DNA from: Eledone cirrhosa
Lineage: Eukaryota
Reading direction: 5' to 3'
Assembly (NCBI GenBank): GCA_964016885.1
Contig: OZ024742.1
Location: 235,166,001 to 235,230,000, forward strand
Length of the DNA: 64,000 bases
Part shown: piece by piece, positions 1 through 13,603 of the stretch
How the letters are laid out: every line of letters begins with the position of its first letter
Numbering within the stretch: the first letter of the stretch is position 1
The notes under the pieces: model-generated
Database searches by the model: none
Told to the model about the DNA's origin: nothing
Seen by the model: only the letters and a program-made list of their open reading frames with translations
Position numbers and translations under genes: made by a program

Positions 1-57
1 TTTGAAATAATTAATAAAGAATTTGGATGGATTTACAAAAATTATTTCATTATTAAG

Positions 58-246
58 CGGTGGATTGGCAGTATCAGTAGACGGTCGGACGCCATGCTTT
101 GCAGCAAAGAGTTACGGCCCTTTATGGTCTGAGTTCAAATCCTGTCGAGGTGAACTTTGCCTTTCATCCTTACGGGGTTGATAAAATAAAGTACCACTAA
201 TGCACTGGAGTAATTGCTGGCCTTGTGCCAAAAGTAGAAATAATTA
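58..246 (+). mobile_element. tRNA-derived SINE with Meta-like core and (ATT)n tail
   Basis: A/B-box-like head (TGGCAGTATCAGTAG; GAGTTCAAATC), core GCCTTTCATCCTTACGGGGTTGATAAAATAAAGTACCA, TSD ATTATTAAG at 49-57 and 243-251. Confidence 0.85.
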
Positions 247-975
247 TTAAGATGGCATTTATGATATAACACTTAACAAAAGATTCTTATTAACCCTTTT
301 GATACCAAACTACACTGGATTTATGACACAAAATTACTCATTTGTTAAATCAATCAAGTTCCTGCAACTGTTGCAGCCAGTGATTAGGATTCCTCTCTAA
401 ATGTTTGACTGTGTAACCATTCTGTGGACCTTAGAAATGTTTGGCAATGCCTACCTCCTCTCCTAGTGTCCAGTCCCTCACTAAGTTTAGCTTGCCAGCA
501 GAATTAGTTACTGGGATATGGTTGAAAAATTTCCCGGAGCCATAAGTGAGAGCAAGATGAAAACCAGTGTACCCATCTGTCCATAAGGATGCCACTGCCA
601 GACATGAAGGTATTCTCTCTATATGAAAACTCTGGTTTTGAGATAATGTTTCTTTAAATCATAGATAACAGTACATCTGTTATTGTGTTTCTTCACATCC
701 ACATCAAATCATTCTATTTTAAAAGGAACATTAGATAATGTTATGCTTCATCTTGAAATATTTCATTAAATCATTTCACCCTAGTTTCAAGAGACAGTAG
801 GTAATGGTACATCTGGTTTTGAAATAATAATTCTTAAAATGTTTATACTTATTTTAAAACTTCTATCATAATTTCATTTTTAACAATTTTATGTATAAGC
901 TTATTAATCATAAAGTTATTTTAAATTCCTTCAAATTTTAAATTGTTTTCAAAATTATTTCAAAAATATAATTAA

Positions 976-3420
976 TGTATTTAATTAAACTTAGACTTGT
1001 ACTAAATAGAGCAACCATGACAATTATATCTGCATATGCACCTCAATCTGGACTGCCCGACATAATAAAAGACAGCTTCTATGAATCTCTAATGCACACT
1101 ACTTCCCAAATATTGACAGTGACTTCATTATCATTGCAGGCAACTTTAATGGGCATATCGACAACAATGCAATGGCTTTGACAGGATCCACGGGGGTTAT
1201 GGGTTTTGTGCCAGAAATGAGGAAGGTTTCAAGCTCCTAGAATTCTGCAACTCTAATAACCTATTTATCTGTTAAACAAACTTCAAAAAATGAGACAACT
1301 ACTTGATCGCCTATAGATCTGGTGAGCATGCCAGCCAGATAGATTTTATCCTTACCAGAAGACAAGACAAAGTGACGGTTGTAAACACAAAGTGAAGAAT
1401 GCACCTCCCAACATATCCTAGTAGTTAGCAATATTATATTTAGGGTTAGAAGAACTCAGTGACAGAAGACAACCTGGAGGAGAAGAATATAGAAGTTAAA
1501 AGACCCATCAGCCAATATCAAATTCAGAGGTATGTTGCTTGATGCTTTCAACAGTAAGGAAGATCAAATAGAGATATACAATATAGAGGAGCAGTGGGAG
1601 TTCCTGAAAGATAACCTTGAAGGTGACAAACAAAATCTGTGGTTGGAGTAGGTCTCTGGGGGGGAAGGAGAGTGAGTTGGTGATGGAATAGTAGGGTAGA
1701 TGAGACAATTAAGGCCAAAAAACAGGCATAGAAAGAATAACAGAATGGAGAAAGTAGAGAATTCCACTAGAATGCGAGGCGACAAGTATACTTTGCAAGA
1801 AGGGAAGCAGAAAATAAAAATTTTAAGCATGTTTTGCAGCATGAGGACCAAAAGCGTGGTGTTCAGAATTACAATGCAGTGTGTCAGGGAAAATTGTGAT
1901 GATGGGGAGAAGTGTGCCTGAAATGATTATGGCGTACTTGCCCTCACTGACGCTGAAAAGAATGTAAGCATGGAAGTGCCACTATAAAAGATTACTGAAT
2001 GAGGAGAATGCATGGGAATAAGATAGTTTTCCCCAAGTATTGTAAACCAAGTAATATAAAATGGCGCCATACCAGCAGCATCGTCAACTGCTACAAGGGC
2101 AAAGATGCTCTAGATAGAGAAAACTATAAAGGCACTAAGTTGGTTGACCAGATTATGAAAGTCACAGAAAGAGTTATAGAACAGCTGATTAGGGATCAAG
2201 TTAACTTAGATGAGATGCAGTTCGGATTTGTGCCAGGTAAAAGTACCACAAATGCCCTCTTCCTTGTGAGACAATTATAGAAGTACTTGGCTAAAGGTGA
2301 ACCCCTCTACTTAGCATTTGTTGACCTGGAGAAAGCTTCTGACAGAACCTCTCCTATTTATTATCGTCTTGCAGGCTATAACAGAGGAGTTTAAGACTGG
2401 TTTCCCATGGGAATTTCTGCATGCAGATGGCCCAAACATATAGCTGAATCTATGGCAGAATTAGATAAGAAATTACAAACCTGGAAGCATGGCTTAGAAT
2501 CAAAAAGTCTTAAAGTCAACTTGTCAAAGATCAAAGTCCTTGTATATAGAAAGGAAAACAGGGCCCAGATTCCATCAGGGAAATGCCCTTGCTCAGTGTG
2601 CAGAAAAGGAGTAGGTAGAAATTCCATCCTATGTTCCAAATGCAAACTATGGGTACACAAGAGATGTAGTGGAATCTCAGTCAAGCTAGCAAAGAACGTA
2701 GGTAAGAAGTAAGAGCCAACAGGATACTAGCTCTTTCAAATGCCCAGAGGGCTTTGTAGAAGTAGTAGATAGTTTCTGTTACCTGGGTGACCAAATTAGC
2801 AGTGGAGGAGGGTGTTCCGAAAGAACAGTAACCAGAATGAGAATGGGTTGGAGAAAGTTCAGGGAGTTACTACTGCTGCTAACTGCAAAAGGTTTTCCCT
2901 CAAAATGAAGGGCAGATTGTATGATGCATGTATATGAACAGCAATGTTGCATAATAGCAAGGCCTGGGTGCTGTGTGCAGTGGACCTGTGAAGATTGGAA
3001 AGAAATGCAGCTTCCATGCTTCGATGAACGAGTAATAATATACATGAATGGCAAAGCATAAATGAACTGAGAGAAACTGAGCATAAGAGGGATCAGATAC
3101 AGATTGCATTGGTATGGATATGTGATGTGTATGAAGGATGACAGCTGTATAAAAAGCTGCAGAGCGCTCAAAGTTAATGGAACCTATGGAGTAGGAAGAC
3201 TTAGGATGAGGTGATAAAAGCTGAACTTGCAGAATTGCACCTCTCAAAGATGATGACATAGGAGTGTGATCTCTATGTTCAGTAATACAGAAGATCTGCC
3301 TTCCCATGTGCACGGGTTGAGGCATACATCTAGTATGCACCACATTCTCTTTCATCACCCCTCCCATATATCTCCCACATTGTAATCACCCCACCCCTAT
3401 ATCTACCTCCCCAATTCCCT
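976..3420 (+). mobile_element. Decayed RTE-clade LINE (subfamily B)
   Basis: Fragments IISAYAPQSG (APE), EMQFGFVPGKSTT (RT) and CSVC...CSKC...WVHKRC, with many stops, frameshifts and internal deletions. Confidence 0.9.
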
Positions 3421-3949
3421 ATGCAATCTTCCAACAAATTTGGTTTAAGAACCATTTTTTAAGTTAAGTTATGTTACAAATATCCTTTTAATAAAACAAT
3501 AATTTTAATAAATCCTTCAATTATTTGAAAGAGTCTTTCATTAGAAACATGACAACGAAAAGGTTAAAAATCCCCGAAATACTTTTCTAAACAGTTACTG
3601 CTATATATTTCTAATGAACTAAAGATAAGCATGACTTCTTTTCTTTTTGATGTTTTCTTAACATTCATAGAATATTCTGTTTTACATTTAAAAAAAACAA
3701 AACAAAACATTTTCTTATGACAGAGTAGCAGTTGTATCAGTAAAAATAACACTGTTGCTAGTTTAGAGCTAAATGCTATGTTCTGTGAACTGGTTAGATG
3801 GTATATTATTAGTAGGGATGAAGTAATTGGATACACCAACGAAAACTGATAGAGGAATTTGTAACAGCATAAGTTATCAAGAGAAATATAATACTACAGA
3901 CTTATTCAACTTGTTTCAACAAGGATCGAAGATTAAAAGTGTGGTTTTG

Positions 3950-4220
3950 TTGGACTTGTAGTGTTCCAGTTGTTCAATCACTGTGACGGCCTTCTCATGA
4001 AACTAACACGGAAGTGGTTGAACATTCCAGATACATGCACCCTTAATTAGTTCTCGGGAAGATTTAGTGTAATGTAGTATTTGACAAGGCTGACCCTGTA
4101 AATTACAGGTACAACTCATTTTTTCTTTCCAGCTGAGTGGACTGGATCAATGTGAAATAAAGTGTCTTATCCTCCAGTACATGAGAGCCAAACATCTTAG
4201 TCACTAAGTCATGTGCTGTC
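3950..4220 (-). mobile_element. Degenerate tRNA/CORE-type SINE
   Basis: Shares 'catgcacccttaa...ttctc..gagattt' and 'gtgaaataaagtgtctt' with copies near 28010-28260 and 28470-28740. Confidence 0.6.
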
Positions 4221-4579
4221 ACTGACAGGCATGAGCAACATAAACCAACACTTGGTGCCATCATCATTTAAAATCCATGCTAGCATGGATTGATTAGGGG
4301 ATCACATCTCAATACATTTCAGTTTTGGCATAGTTTTCTACAATTGGATACTCTTCCAATCAGCAAACACTTAGTAGTGTGAGCATTTTATCATGGCACC
4401 AACACTAAAGATGTTGTTGTGTCTTTCACAAAATTGAAGAGTCCTTTAAACCCTCTGTTTAGCATGGCTTCTACAGTTGGATACCCTTTCCAACACCAAC
4501 CACTTTACAGAGTATATTGAGTGCATTTTATCATGGTACCAGCATTATCACTTTTTTTTTTTTTTTTTTTTTTTTTAAT

Positions 4580-7500
4580 GACCATGCTGTAAAATGGAGG
4601 GGTAGAGAGGGCCCTTGAGTCTAGTAAGACATCCTCTTTAGTGCTGGTGGCACAAATAAAAGCACCCAGTCCATGCTGTAAAGTGGCACTGGTGTTAGGA
4701 AGGGCATCCAACCAGTGTATCAATGCCAAAAAGCTTATCAGCACAGCAACAAAACAGCATAGGAACAACAACAAAATATGAAGACGTCGCATCTCAGAGT
4801 TGCAACACTTAATGTTGGCACTCTCAGAGGTAGATCTGCTGAAATAGCGGAGATGCTGGAGAGAAGGCAGGTGGATGTGTGCTGCGTGCAAGAGGTGAGA
4901 TGGAGAGGTGCCTCTGCGAGACTAGTCGTAGGCAAGCGTCTTAGCTATAAGCTATTCTGGGTAGGTAAGGATGATGGGTTAGGGGGAGTAGGCATTTTCC
5001 TGGCTGAGAAATGGATCAATAAGACAATAGAGGTAGTTCGAGTTAGTAATCGAATAATTAAGCTTAGATTAGTTCTAGGTAGGAGACTACTGACAATCAT
5101 CTCGGTCTATGCTCCCCAAGCAGGCCTAGGCAAAGATGAGAAAGACTGCTTTTATGAGCAACTTTTGCAAACAACCACAATGACAGAGGACGGAGACATC
5201 GTTATGCTAGCAGGAGACTTCAAGGGTCATGTTGGACAGCTCCAGGATGGTTACACTGGGGTACATGGTGGGCACGGTTACGGTTCAAGAAATGAAGAAG
5301 GAGTGAGACTTCTTGAATTTTGTGATGCGAGTACATTGACTATTTGCAACACAAACTTCCAGAAACCTGCCAATCACCTAATAACCTACAAATCTGGTGA
5401 GCACATAAGCCAGATTGACTTCCTGCTAGTTAGGCAGCGGGACAGGCAGATAGTGTCTAATACCAAGGCATACCCTGGGGAAGAATGTACCCCACAGCAT
5501 AGGTTAGTTGTTAGTGATAACTCAGTAAGCAAGAGATGGAATGAGACATATAGGAAGGTGTAGAGAAGAAAGGTCTGGAAGCTAAAAGACCTTTCACTAA
5601 AATACAAATTTAGGAAAGCCCTTCAAGATGTATATGACGAAAAAGAAGACGATTTAGAGACGTATGACATAGATAATAACTGGAAGTTCTTACGTGACAA
5701 CTTGCTGCAGGCTACTGATGAAACCTGTGGCTGGAGCAGAGCTCCAACCAGACAGAGAGTGACCTGGTGGTGGAACAGCACAGTAGATAAGGCTATTAGA
5801 GACAAAAGACTAGCATGGAAGGCTTGGAAAAAGGGTGGGAGTAGGGAAGAATATACAGCCACTAAGAGAGAAGCTAGACGTCAGGTGTACTTAGCACGCA
5901 GGGAGGCAGAGAGTAGGAGGTTTGCCAATGTTCTGCGACGGGAAGATCAGAGGCGTGTGGTGTTCCACATTGCAAGGCAGTGTGTCAATGCAAATCAGGA
6001 TGTTGTTGGAGATAATGTGTCCGGGATGATGCCGGTGTACTTAGTGTCACGAATGACCAGAAAAAGGAGGCCTGGAAATGTCATTATGAGAGACTGATGA
6101 ATGTGGAGAACGAATGGGAGAGAGAGAAATTACCCTTGGTAGATCCGACAGAGGGACCAGCTATTGAGATTGACGAATATAGGGTCCAAGAGGCGATTAG
6201 GGAAATGAAAAATGGTAAGGCGGCCGGACCATCGGGAATAGTTGCTGAGATGCTGAAGGCATCAGGGGACGTAGGCACTAAACTGGTTGCACGCATCATC
6301 AATCAGGCTATATATGGTGGTGTCATACCCAAAGACTGGTGCAGCAGTATTCTCATAAATTGCTACAAAGGTAAAGGGGATGCTTTGGAGAGGAGCAATT
6401 ATAGGGGTATAAAACTGATAGATCAGGTTATGAAAGTGGCAGAAAGGATTTTAGCACAACTAATTAGAGAAAGGGTCAAACTAGATGAGATGCAGTTTGG
6501 TTTTGTGCCTGGGAAGAGTACAACAGATGCCCTCTTCTTGGTGAGACAAATGCAAGAGAGGTTCTTAGAGAAGAATAAGCCACTATACTTAGCCTTTGTT
6601 GACCTAGAGAAGGCCTTTGATAGGGTACCCCGATCTGTCATCTGGTGGTCCCTAAGGAAGCTAGGTGTTGAGGAATGGCTTGTGAGGACAGTGCAAACTT
6701 TGTACAGAGGTACTCTCAGTAAAGTCAGGGTAGGAATGGAGTTTAGTGAGGAATTCCAGATACAAGTAGGAGTACATCAGGGTTCGGTCCTCAGCCCGCT
6801 CTTGTTCATTATAGTCCTCCAAGCCATAACAGAGGAGTTTAAGACTGGCTGTCCATGGGAACTTCTCTATGCTGACGATCTGGCTCTTATAGCAGAATCA
6901 GTAGAGGAGCTAGAGAATAAATTCCGGCTATGGAAACAGCAGTTGGAAGCAAGAGGACTGAGAGTAAATCTAGCTAAGACAAAAGTGTTGATGAGTAGAA
7001 AAGAGGACAAAACCCTGATTCCATCAGGGAAATGGCCATGTTCGATATGCAGAAAAGGAACTGGCATAAATTCTATAAAATGCACACAATGCAGGTCCTG
7101 GGTACACAAGAGATGTAGCGGGATAGCAGGCTAACTAACAGGTAGGGAGAAATATGTATGCAGTAGATGTACAGGGAAATTAGACAGTAGAAGTCACACT
7201 GATAGACACATTTTTCAAATGCGAGAGGGCGCTATAGAAGTGGTGGATAGCTTCCGGTACCTAGGAGATCAGATTAGCATGGGAGGAGGGTGTTCCGAGG
7301 CCATAGTATCTAGAATAAGGATGGGTTGGAAGAAGTTTAGGGAGCTGCTTCCTCTGTTGACGAAGAAGGGTTTCTCCCTGCGTACGAAAGGCCGGTTGTA
7401 TGATGCCTGTGTGAGGAGCGCGATGCTGCATGGTAGTGAGACATGGGCAGCAACCGCAGAGGATATGCGACGGCTGGAGAGAAATGAAGCAAGCATGCTC

Positions 7501-7871
7501 CGTTGGATGTGCAGTGTAAATGTGCGTGAACGACCCAGCATAAATGTGTTGAGAGAGAAACTGTGTCTGAGAGGGATAGAATGTAGTGTACGGGAGAGGA
7601 GACTGAGGTGGTATGGACATGTGATGCGCATGGAGGATGACCGATGGGTGAAGAAGTGCCAGGAAATGCCAGTTGAAGGAAGACGTAGTAGAGGTAGACC
7701 ACGAAAAACATGGGCGGAGGTGGTGAGAACAGACCTCAGATCATTGAAGCTCACGGTGGAGATGACGAGGGACCGTGACGAGTGGAGAGATGCTGTGCTG
7801 AATAAGACCCGTCCCAACCTTGCAAGCAGGGAAAAGCGGACGTAAAATGATGATGATGATGATGATGATGA
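4580..7871 (+). mobile_element. Near full-length RTE-clade LINE (subfamily A): APE endonuclease + RT + internal PHD-type finger
   Basis: Single-ORF layout at 4778-7845 broken by a few lesions (frameshift/stop near 5520-5563, frameshift near 6015, TAA 7132-7134). Motifs RVATLNVGT, VQEVRW, SVYAPQ, DLEKAFD, QGSVLSP, LYADD, FRYLG, GRPRKTW. (GAT)n tail at 7848-7871. Confidence 0.95.
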
Positions 7872-8806
7872 TTGGATACATTTTAACATGGCACCAACAC
7901 TAGGAACATTAAAATTTATGATTTTTACTACACAAATCCAGCATGCAATCCCTATATGAAAGAACTGCAGCACTAGACATTGTTTTGCTAGAAACAGAAT
8001 TCAAAGAACTTCATACAAAGATAAACACCAAAATCAATACTGGACAGCTGTATGTAGCTGTAACAATCAAACTAATATGGAACAGACTATATTTGCATTT
8101 AAACACCAAAATTAGTTTCTAAAATAGATGTCTACATGCAATAAGAATTTGTTCTAATTAAAAACATAAGACTCAACAGTAGCTATAGATATTTATCAGT
8201 GAGAGCCATTAGACTGTAGACTATAGACATTTTATACAAAAAATACTCTTTATTTAATTTAGTTTTAAGCAAACCAAAATGTTTGATGGCAGCAAGTTTA
8301 TAGTCTTTGAGCAGTGGGGGAAAATATCCACTTAGAATTTAATAATTAACACTTTCGTTACACAGCCAATGATTTTTTAGTAATTTTGAAAATCAAAAAT
8401 TTGAAGCAATTTAGTAAAATAGCTTTTTTCATTATGAAGCTGGTATCTGGTATTTGGAACATAACTTAAGACAGGTTCTTACATAAAATCATGATGGTGG
8501 CTTTTTTTAAAATAAATATAAACACTTCAAAACAAACAACTTTGTATCCTAGAACCAGGGGTAGCTTCAGGCAAGTTGGTATCAAAAAGAATAAATAATA
8601 GTAATAATTTTTAACTTTAGCAGAAGGCCACAAAAATATAGAGGATGGGCACAATCTATCCCAATATATTGCTGACTCACTCTGAATGAATAAAAAGTAG
8701 AATTGGCCTTTGTAGGATTTGAATTCAGAATATAAAGTAATGTAATTAAATATTGCAGAGCATGTTATGATGTTCTCCACCAATTCTGCCACCAAACACC
8801 CTATAA

Positions 8807-9035
8807 ATAACCCTTTTGTAACTGTATTCCAAATGAAATACACTTTATTTCAATTGAAGAATTTTGAAGGATTTACTAACATTATTAATCATTCCATTAT
8901 TAAAATAGTAACTCAACATATGGTTCTTATATAAAATTATGTCGGAAGAGTTTAATTGAAATAAGAACCTTTGAAATGTTTTTTGTTTCATAAAACCAGA
9001 GCCAGCTTTGGCAAGGTTGATATCAATAAGGTTAA
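8807..9035. mobile_element. AT-rich MITE-like repeat with (T)TAA-CCCTTT termini (piggyBac-like ends); representative copy
   Basis: taacccttttg...tcaataaggttaa. Related decayed copies lie near 290, 3560, 23176-23412, 27521-27710, 39662-39886, 41110-41307, 58730-59040 and 62310-63068. Confidence 0.6.
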
Positions 9036-9527
9036 TATTTATTCAATGCTAAGCATAAGTTGGATCATCACACAGGAAAACAGCATTAAATGTATTCTGT
9101 GTTATCTCATCTGTGAGGACCAGCAATCTAAGATCTAGTCTAAGTCACTTATCTTTATGTCTGTCTATAATATATTGCTACCTTCAACTCCTTGTCCTTT
9201 TTTCAACCACTATATGCACCAGCTGCCATTTTGCATCACATGTCTATACTAATACAGTCATCTCTCCTGCATACTTTGACCAATGTATCTCAGTAGGTAC
9301 TTAAACACTTCACTAATATAATACTATTTTTGTTGTTACAGCTTGCCATTTCAGATAATACTGTTCATTAACAGTATATTTTTTATCTGTTACTCTGGAG
9401 CAAAAACACACAGCCTGGGTCAAAAACAAAGAAATTAGGCAGATGGTTGGTACCATACTTACCAACAAGTTCACAATTCATAAATGCATCAAATGCTCTG
9501 GTCACCTGATTGGAATGTTAATTAACA

Positions 9528-9927
9528 CTTAACATATTATAATAGCTTAACAGAAAATGTTTTAAAATAGATCTGTTAATTTCAGAGCATTAAAATCTGC
9601 AGTATTAGAGTAAAGGATTACATTAATAATTGTTTCTACTTTTGGCACAAGGCCAGCAATTACACCAGTACATTACTGGTACTTTATTTTATCGACCCCG
9701 TAAGGATGAAAGGCAAAGTTAACCTCAGCGGGATTAACTTTGCCTTTCATCCTTACGGGGTCGATAAAATAAAGTACCAGTAATGTACTGGGTAATTGCT
9801 GGCCTTGTGCCAAAAGTAGAAACAATTATTAATGTAATCCTTTACTCTAATACTGCAGATTTTAATGCTCTGAAATTAACAGATCTATTTTAAAACATTT
9901 TCTGCTAAGCTATTATAATATGTTAAG
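9528..9927. repeat. Long inverted repeat (~195-bp arms, 11-bp spacer) containing a truncated SINE and flanking DNA
   Basis: 9528-9722 is the reverse complement of 9734-9927 with about 2 differences. An 18-bp direct repeat lies at 9613-9630 and 9925-9942. Confidence 0.95.
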
Positions 9928-10845
9928 GATTACATTAATAATGTGATGCAATCATAGTGCTGTTTTGAATGACTTGCTAATATGGTTTCATTGGTAGAGG
10001 ATGTTAAGTGTTAACCAGCCAACTCTGCAAGCGTAAACACGAACTACTCAGGCTTCAAAGTCAGAGGAAGATCAAGCTGATAGTGGATTGATAGAGTTAC
10101 AGAGACGTTCTGCACACACTAGATCTCATGTTTGTTGCAGATCCTCATGATACATTCTTGGTAGAACCACAGAAAATTATTTTCAATTACCCAACACTAA
10201 ATGGAAGGAGAGCACACAAGAACTACATACATATATTTTATGGTTAATACTACTGATGTTAAATGAGTTTGTTTTCAAATTAGTGTGCTCTAATAATGAA
10301 CAAGTTGTTATCAAAACACTAAGTAAACAGTATTTTACTGCTTAATGTGATATCATTACAGTGGGTTGAGAGAAATGATATATCATTTATAGAGGTGGAT
10401 GTACCAAATGTGTTATAGCCAGAGTGCGAACAGGGTGAAAGAGGTTCAGGGAGTTGCTATCGCTGGTGGCAACAGGAGGCTTTTCTCCCTCAGAGCAAAG
10501 GATAGACTATATGACATTTGTGAGAGAACTGCAATGCTACATGGCAGCGAGACATAGGCCTTGACTGCAGAAGAATGTATGTAAGGTGATCGTACTGGTA
10601 GTACAACAAAAAAGCACGCAGTCCTCACTGTAATGTGGTAGTGGTATTGCCACAAAAAGCTCCCAGTACACACTAATGTGATTGACATTATGAAAGGCCT
10701 CCAATCATAGAAAACTACCCTAGAGCGGATTATATGAGCAAAGTGTGGTCACCTGACCTGTCTAGCCTCATAAAATGACAGCCCATCTAACCCATGCAAG
10801 CATGGAAAATACATGTTAAACTGTGATGATGATGATCTATTTATA

Positions 10846-11520
10846 CATACATGCATGCTTCGATGGATGTGTAATAGTAATAGACACAAACAGCAAAGCG
10901 TAAATGAACTGAGAGAGAAATCGGGCATAAGATGTATCAGATGCAGTGTGTAAGAGAGGAGATTGCTGTGACATGGCCATGTGATGTGTATAAAGGATGA
11001 CAGTTGTATAAAAAGAAGGAGAGCGATCAAAGTTGATGGAAGCTATGGAGCAGGAACACCCAAGAAGACCTGGGGTGAGGTGATAAAAGCTGACCTTGTA
11101 CAATTGCACCTCTCAAAGACATGCACACAGGATCAAGGTCTTTAGCATTATGCAGTAATACAGAAGACCTGTCTTCCTGCACACATAAACTGAAGCATAC
11201 ATCTAGTATGCACCTCTTAACCACTATTCTAGCTCCCCCTCCCACACCTTTCCCACATCTGATTATACCACCCTTCTCCCATGCCTTTACACTCTTGCGC
11301 CAGTCCACACTGTAAAGTGGTCGTGTTGGTATCACAACAAAAAGCATCCAGCCCACACTGTAAATGTGGTTGGTGTTAGGAAGGACATCCAGCCATAGAA
11401 ACCAATCCAGAAACAGTTTTATATGAGCAAGACACAGTCACCTGACCCGATTTGCCTCTAACAGGACAACCTGTCAAACCCATACTAGTATGGAAAATAG
11501 ACATATGATGATGATGACAA
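10846..11520 (+). mobile_element. 5'-truncated RTE subfamily B 3' end
   Basis: ORF-end remnant (MLRWMCN...GHVM..KDDSC), C-rich tract, module with AGGAAGGACATCCAGC, tail ending in (GAT)n. Confidence 0.8.
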
Positions 11521-12189
11521 CAATAATCATCATCACCATTTAGCATCTATTTTCTATGCTTGCATAAGTTAGACATGTTGTAATATTCTGAGGCTAGACT
11601 GGTTAGGTGACCTCTTCTTGCTCATGTGTTATTTTTGGTATGAATCTATGCCTTAATGCTAACCATTTTACAGCATGTACTGGGAACATGTTATCATGGC
11701 ACCAGCACCTTACATGTTAGACAGGGTGCTTTTTATCGTACACCAGCACTACCCTATTACAAACGCTAGGGTCATTGTTGTGGCCTTGGCCAGATAGAGG
11801 AAAGAAGTGGTGGGAATGAGGGGTTGGGGGATGCAGGCTACATGCTGCTTGATGAGGGTGGATTCATCTCAAAGTGGAGAACAAGTGTTAGGTGGTGGAG
11901 ATGTCTTTGAAGTGAGGGAGTTATATCTGACATTATATTGTGTGTGTGCCCAACTTTCTATGCTGGAATAGGTTGGAAAAGGAAGGTGATTGGGGATATA
12001 AGAGGGAGCACATTATAGAGGATGCACCTTGTCTTTCCATGTTGGCATCAATTGGATGAGATAGGGAAGGATGAAGGATATGGTACGAGACTTAATTAGT
12101 GAAAAAGAGTGAAACTAAAAGACAGTTAGGAGCCTAAATGTTATTTGGAGACCTGAATGTCATTCTACCTTTCTGCATCATTACTCCTA

Positions 12190-13250
12190 TCCTTTTCAAT
12201 GCTCATTTCATCCCGCTCACATTGGAAAACAAATCTTCAGTAATGCAGTCAACTGTCATTTCCTTTGTAAAGTGAAGCTGCATGAAGTCAGCCTTCACCA
12301 CATCATTCCAAGTTTTCCTAGGTCATCTTCCATAGGTTCCATCAACTTTAAATGCTGTGCATTTCTTTATGCAGCTGTCATCCTCCATACACATCACATG
12401 TCTATACCACTGCAGTCTACTCTTCTGTACACTGCATCTAATCCCTCTTATGTTCAGTTTTTCTCACAGCTCATTGATGCACTGTCATCCATGTACACTT
12501 ATTACACAACTATCAGAGCATGATCTCATTTCTTTTCAATTTTTGTAAATCTTTTGCACACAAAGCCCAAGTCTCACTTCTATGCAGCATTGCTGATTGC
12601 ACACATGCATCATACAATCTGTCTTTCACTCTGAGGGAGACAACCTTTGTAGCCACCAATGATAGCAGCTACCTGAACTTTTTCCAACCAGTTCTCACTA
12701 ACTACTGTGCTTTCAAAACACTCACCTCCACAACTGATTTGATCACCCAGGTAACAAACTAAACTACCTTTATGGAGCCATCTAAGCATTTGATAGCGCT
12801 TGTTTCATGTAAGATGTTGCTGCTTATTACTCCTGTGCATCTATCACATACAAAGTCAACATTGCTACTTCGCTAGCCTGTTTGAGAAACCCACTACATC
12901 ACTTGTGTACTCATAGTTTATATTTTGTACATAGAAAGAAATTTTTACCTACTCTTTTGCTGTATACTGAGCATGGCCTGATAGAATCAGGGCCCAGTTT
13001 TCTTTCCTATTTACTAGAACTTTTGTCTTTGCCAAGTTGACACTGAGGCCTTTCAATTCCAGGTTTTGCTTCCACGTCTGGAATTTCTTCTCAAATGCAG
13101 CTGCAAGTTCAATTATGAGGATTAGATCATCATATTGAAGTTCCCATTAACAGCCAACTATAACTCCTATTACAGCCTGTAGGACAAATAAAAACAGGGC
13201 TGAGCACCCTCAATACATGCTAAATTTCTCACTATACTGTTAACTCTAGC
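12190..13250 (-). mobile_element. Decayed RTE LINE fragment
   Basis: The reverse complement carries decayed RT-end, YLGDQI and RLYDAC segments. Confidence 0.75.
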
Positions 13251-13261
13251 ATTGTGGACAT

Positions 13262-13557
13262 AGGTGCAGGCATGGCTGTGGGGTTAAAGAGTTTACTTCG
13301 CAATCACAGGGTTTGGGGTTCAGTCTCACTACACAAGACCTTGGACAACTGTCTTCTACTATAGCCTCATATTAACCAATGCGTGAAACTATTGTGTGTA
13401 CATTTATATTTATTGTTTATGTTCTGTATTAGCAGTTTAATAAAGAGACAAATAAAATAGCAAACTTAAAGTAGCAAACTTGAAAAAATAAGTACTGTGA
13501 TTGATATGATTGACTAAATCCCTTCAAGGCGGTGTCACGGCATGGCCACAGTTTAAT
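13262..13557 (+). mobile_element. tRNA-derived CORE-like SINE ending ~45 bp from the exon 2 donor
   Basis: Head GGTGCAGGCATGGCTGTG..GGTTAAAG and GGTTCAGTC; CORE-like 'CCTTGGACAACTGTCTTCTACTATAGCC'. Same family at 35056-35385 (+) and 26670-26990 (-). Confidence 0.7.
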
Positions 13558-13603
13558 GACAGGAACAAGTAGGAAAATAAAAGAATATATATATATATCT
13601 CAC

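Noticed and set aside
7269-7973. 234-aa antisense ORF over the RTE 3' end (similar ones at 36403-37548 and 18934-20079)
   Set aside because: Shadow frames of the RTE coding strand; no recognisable domain and inconsistent boundaries between copies.
1-13600. Further syntrophin exons (rest of PH2, SU domain)
   Set aside because: No matching motifs found by eye; they are probably left of the window, though a short exon could have been missed.
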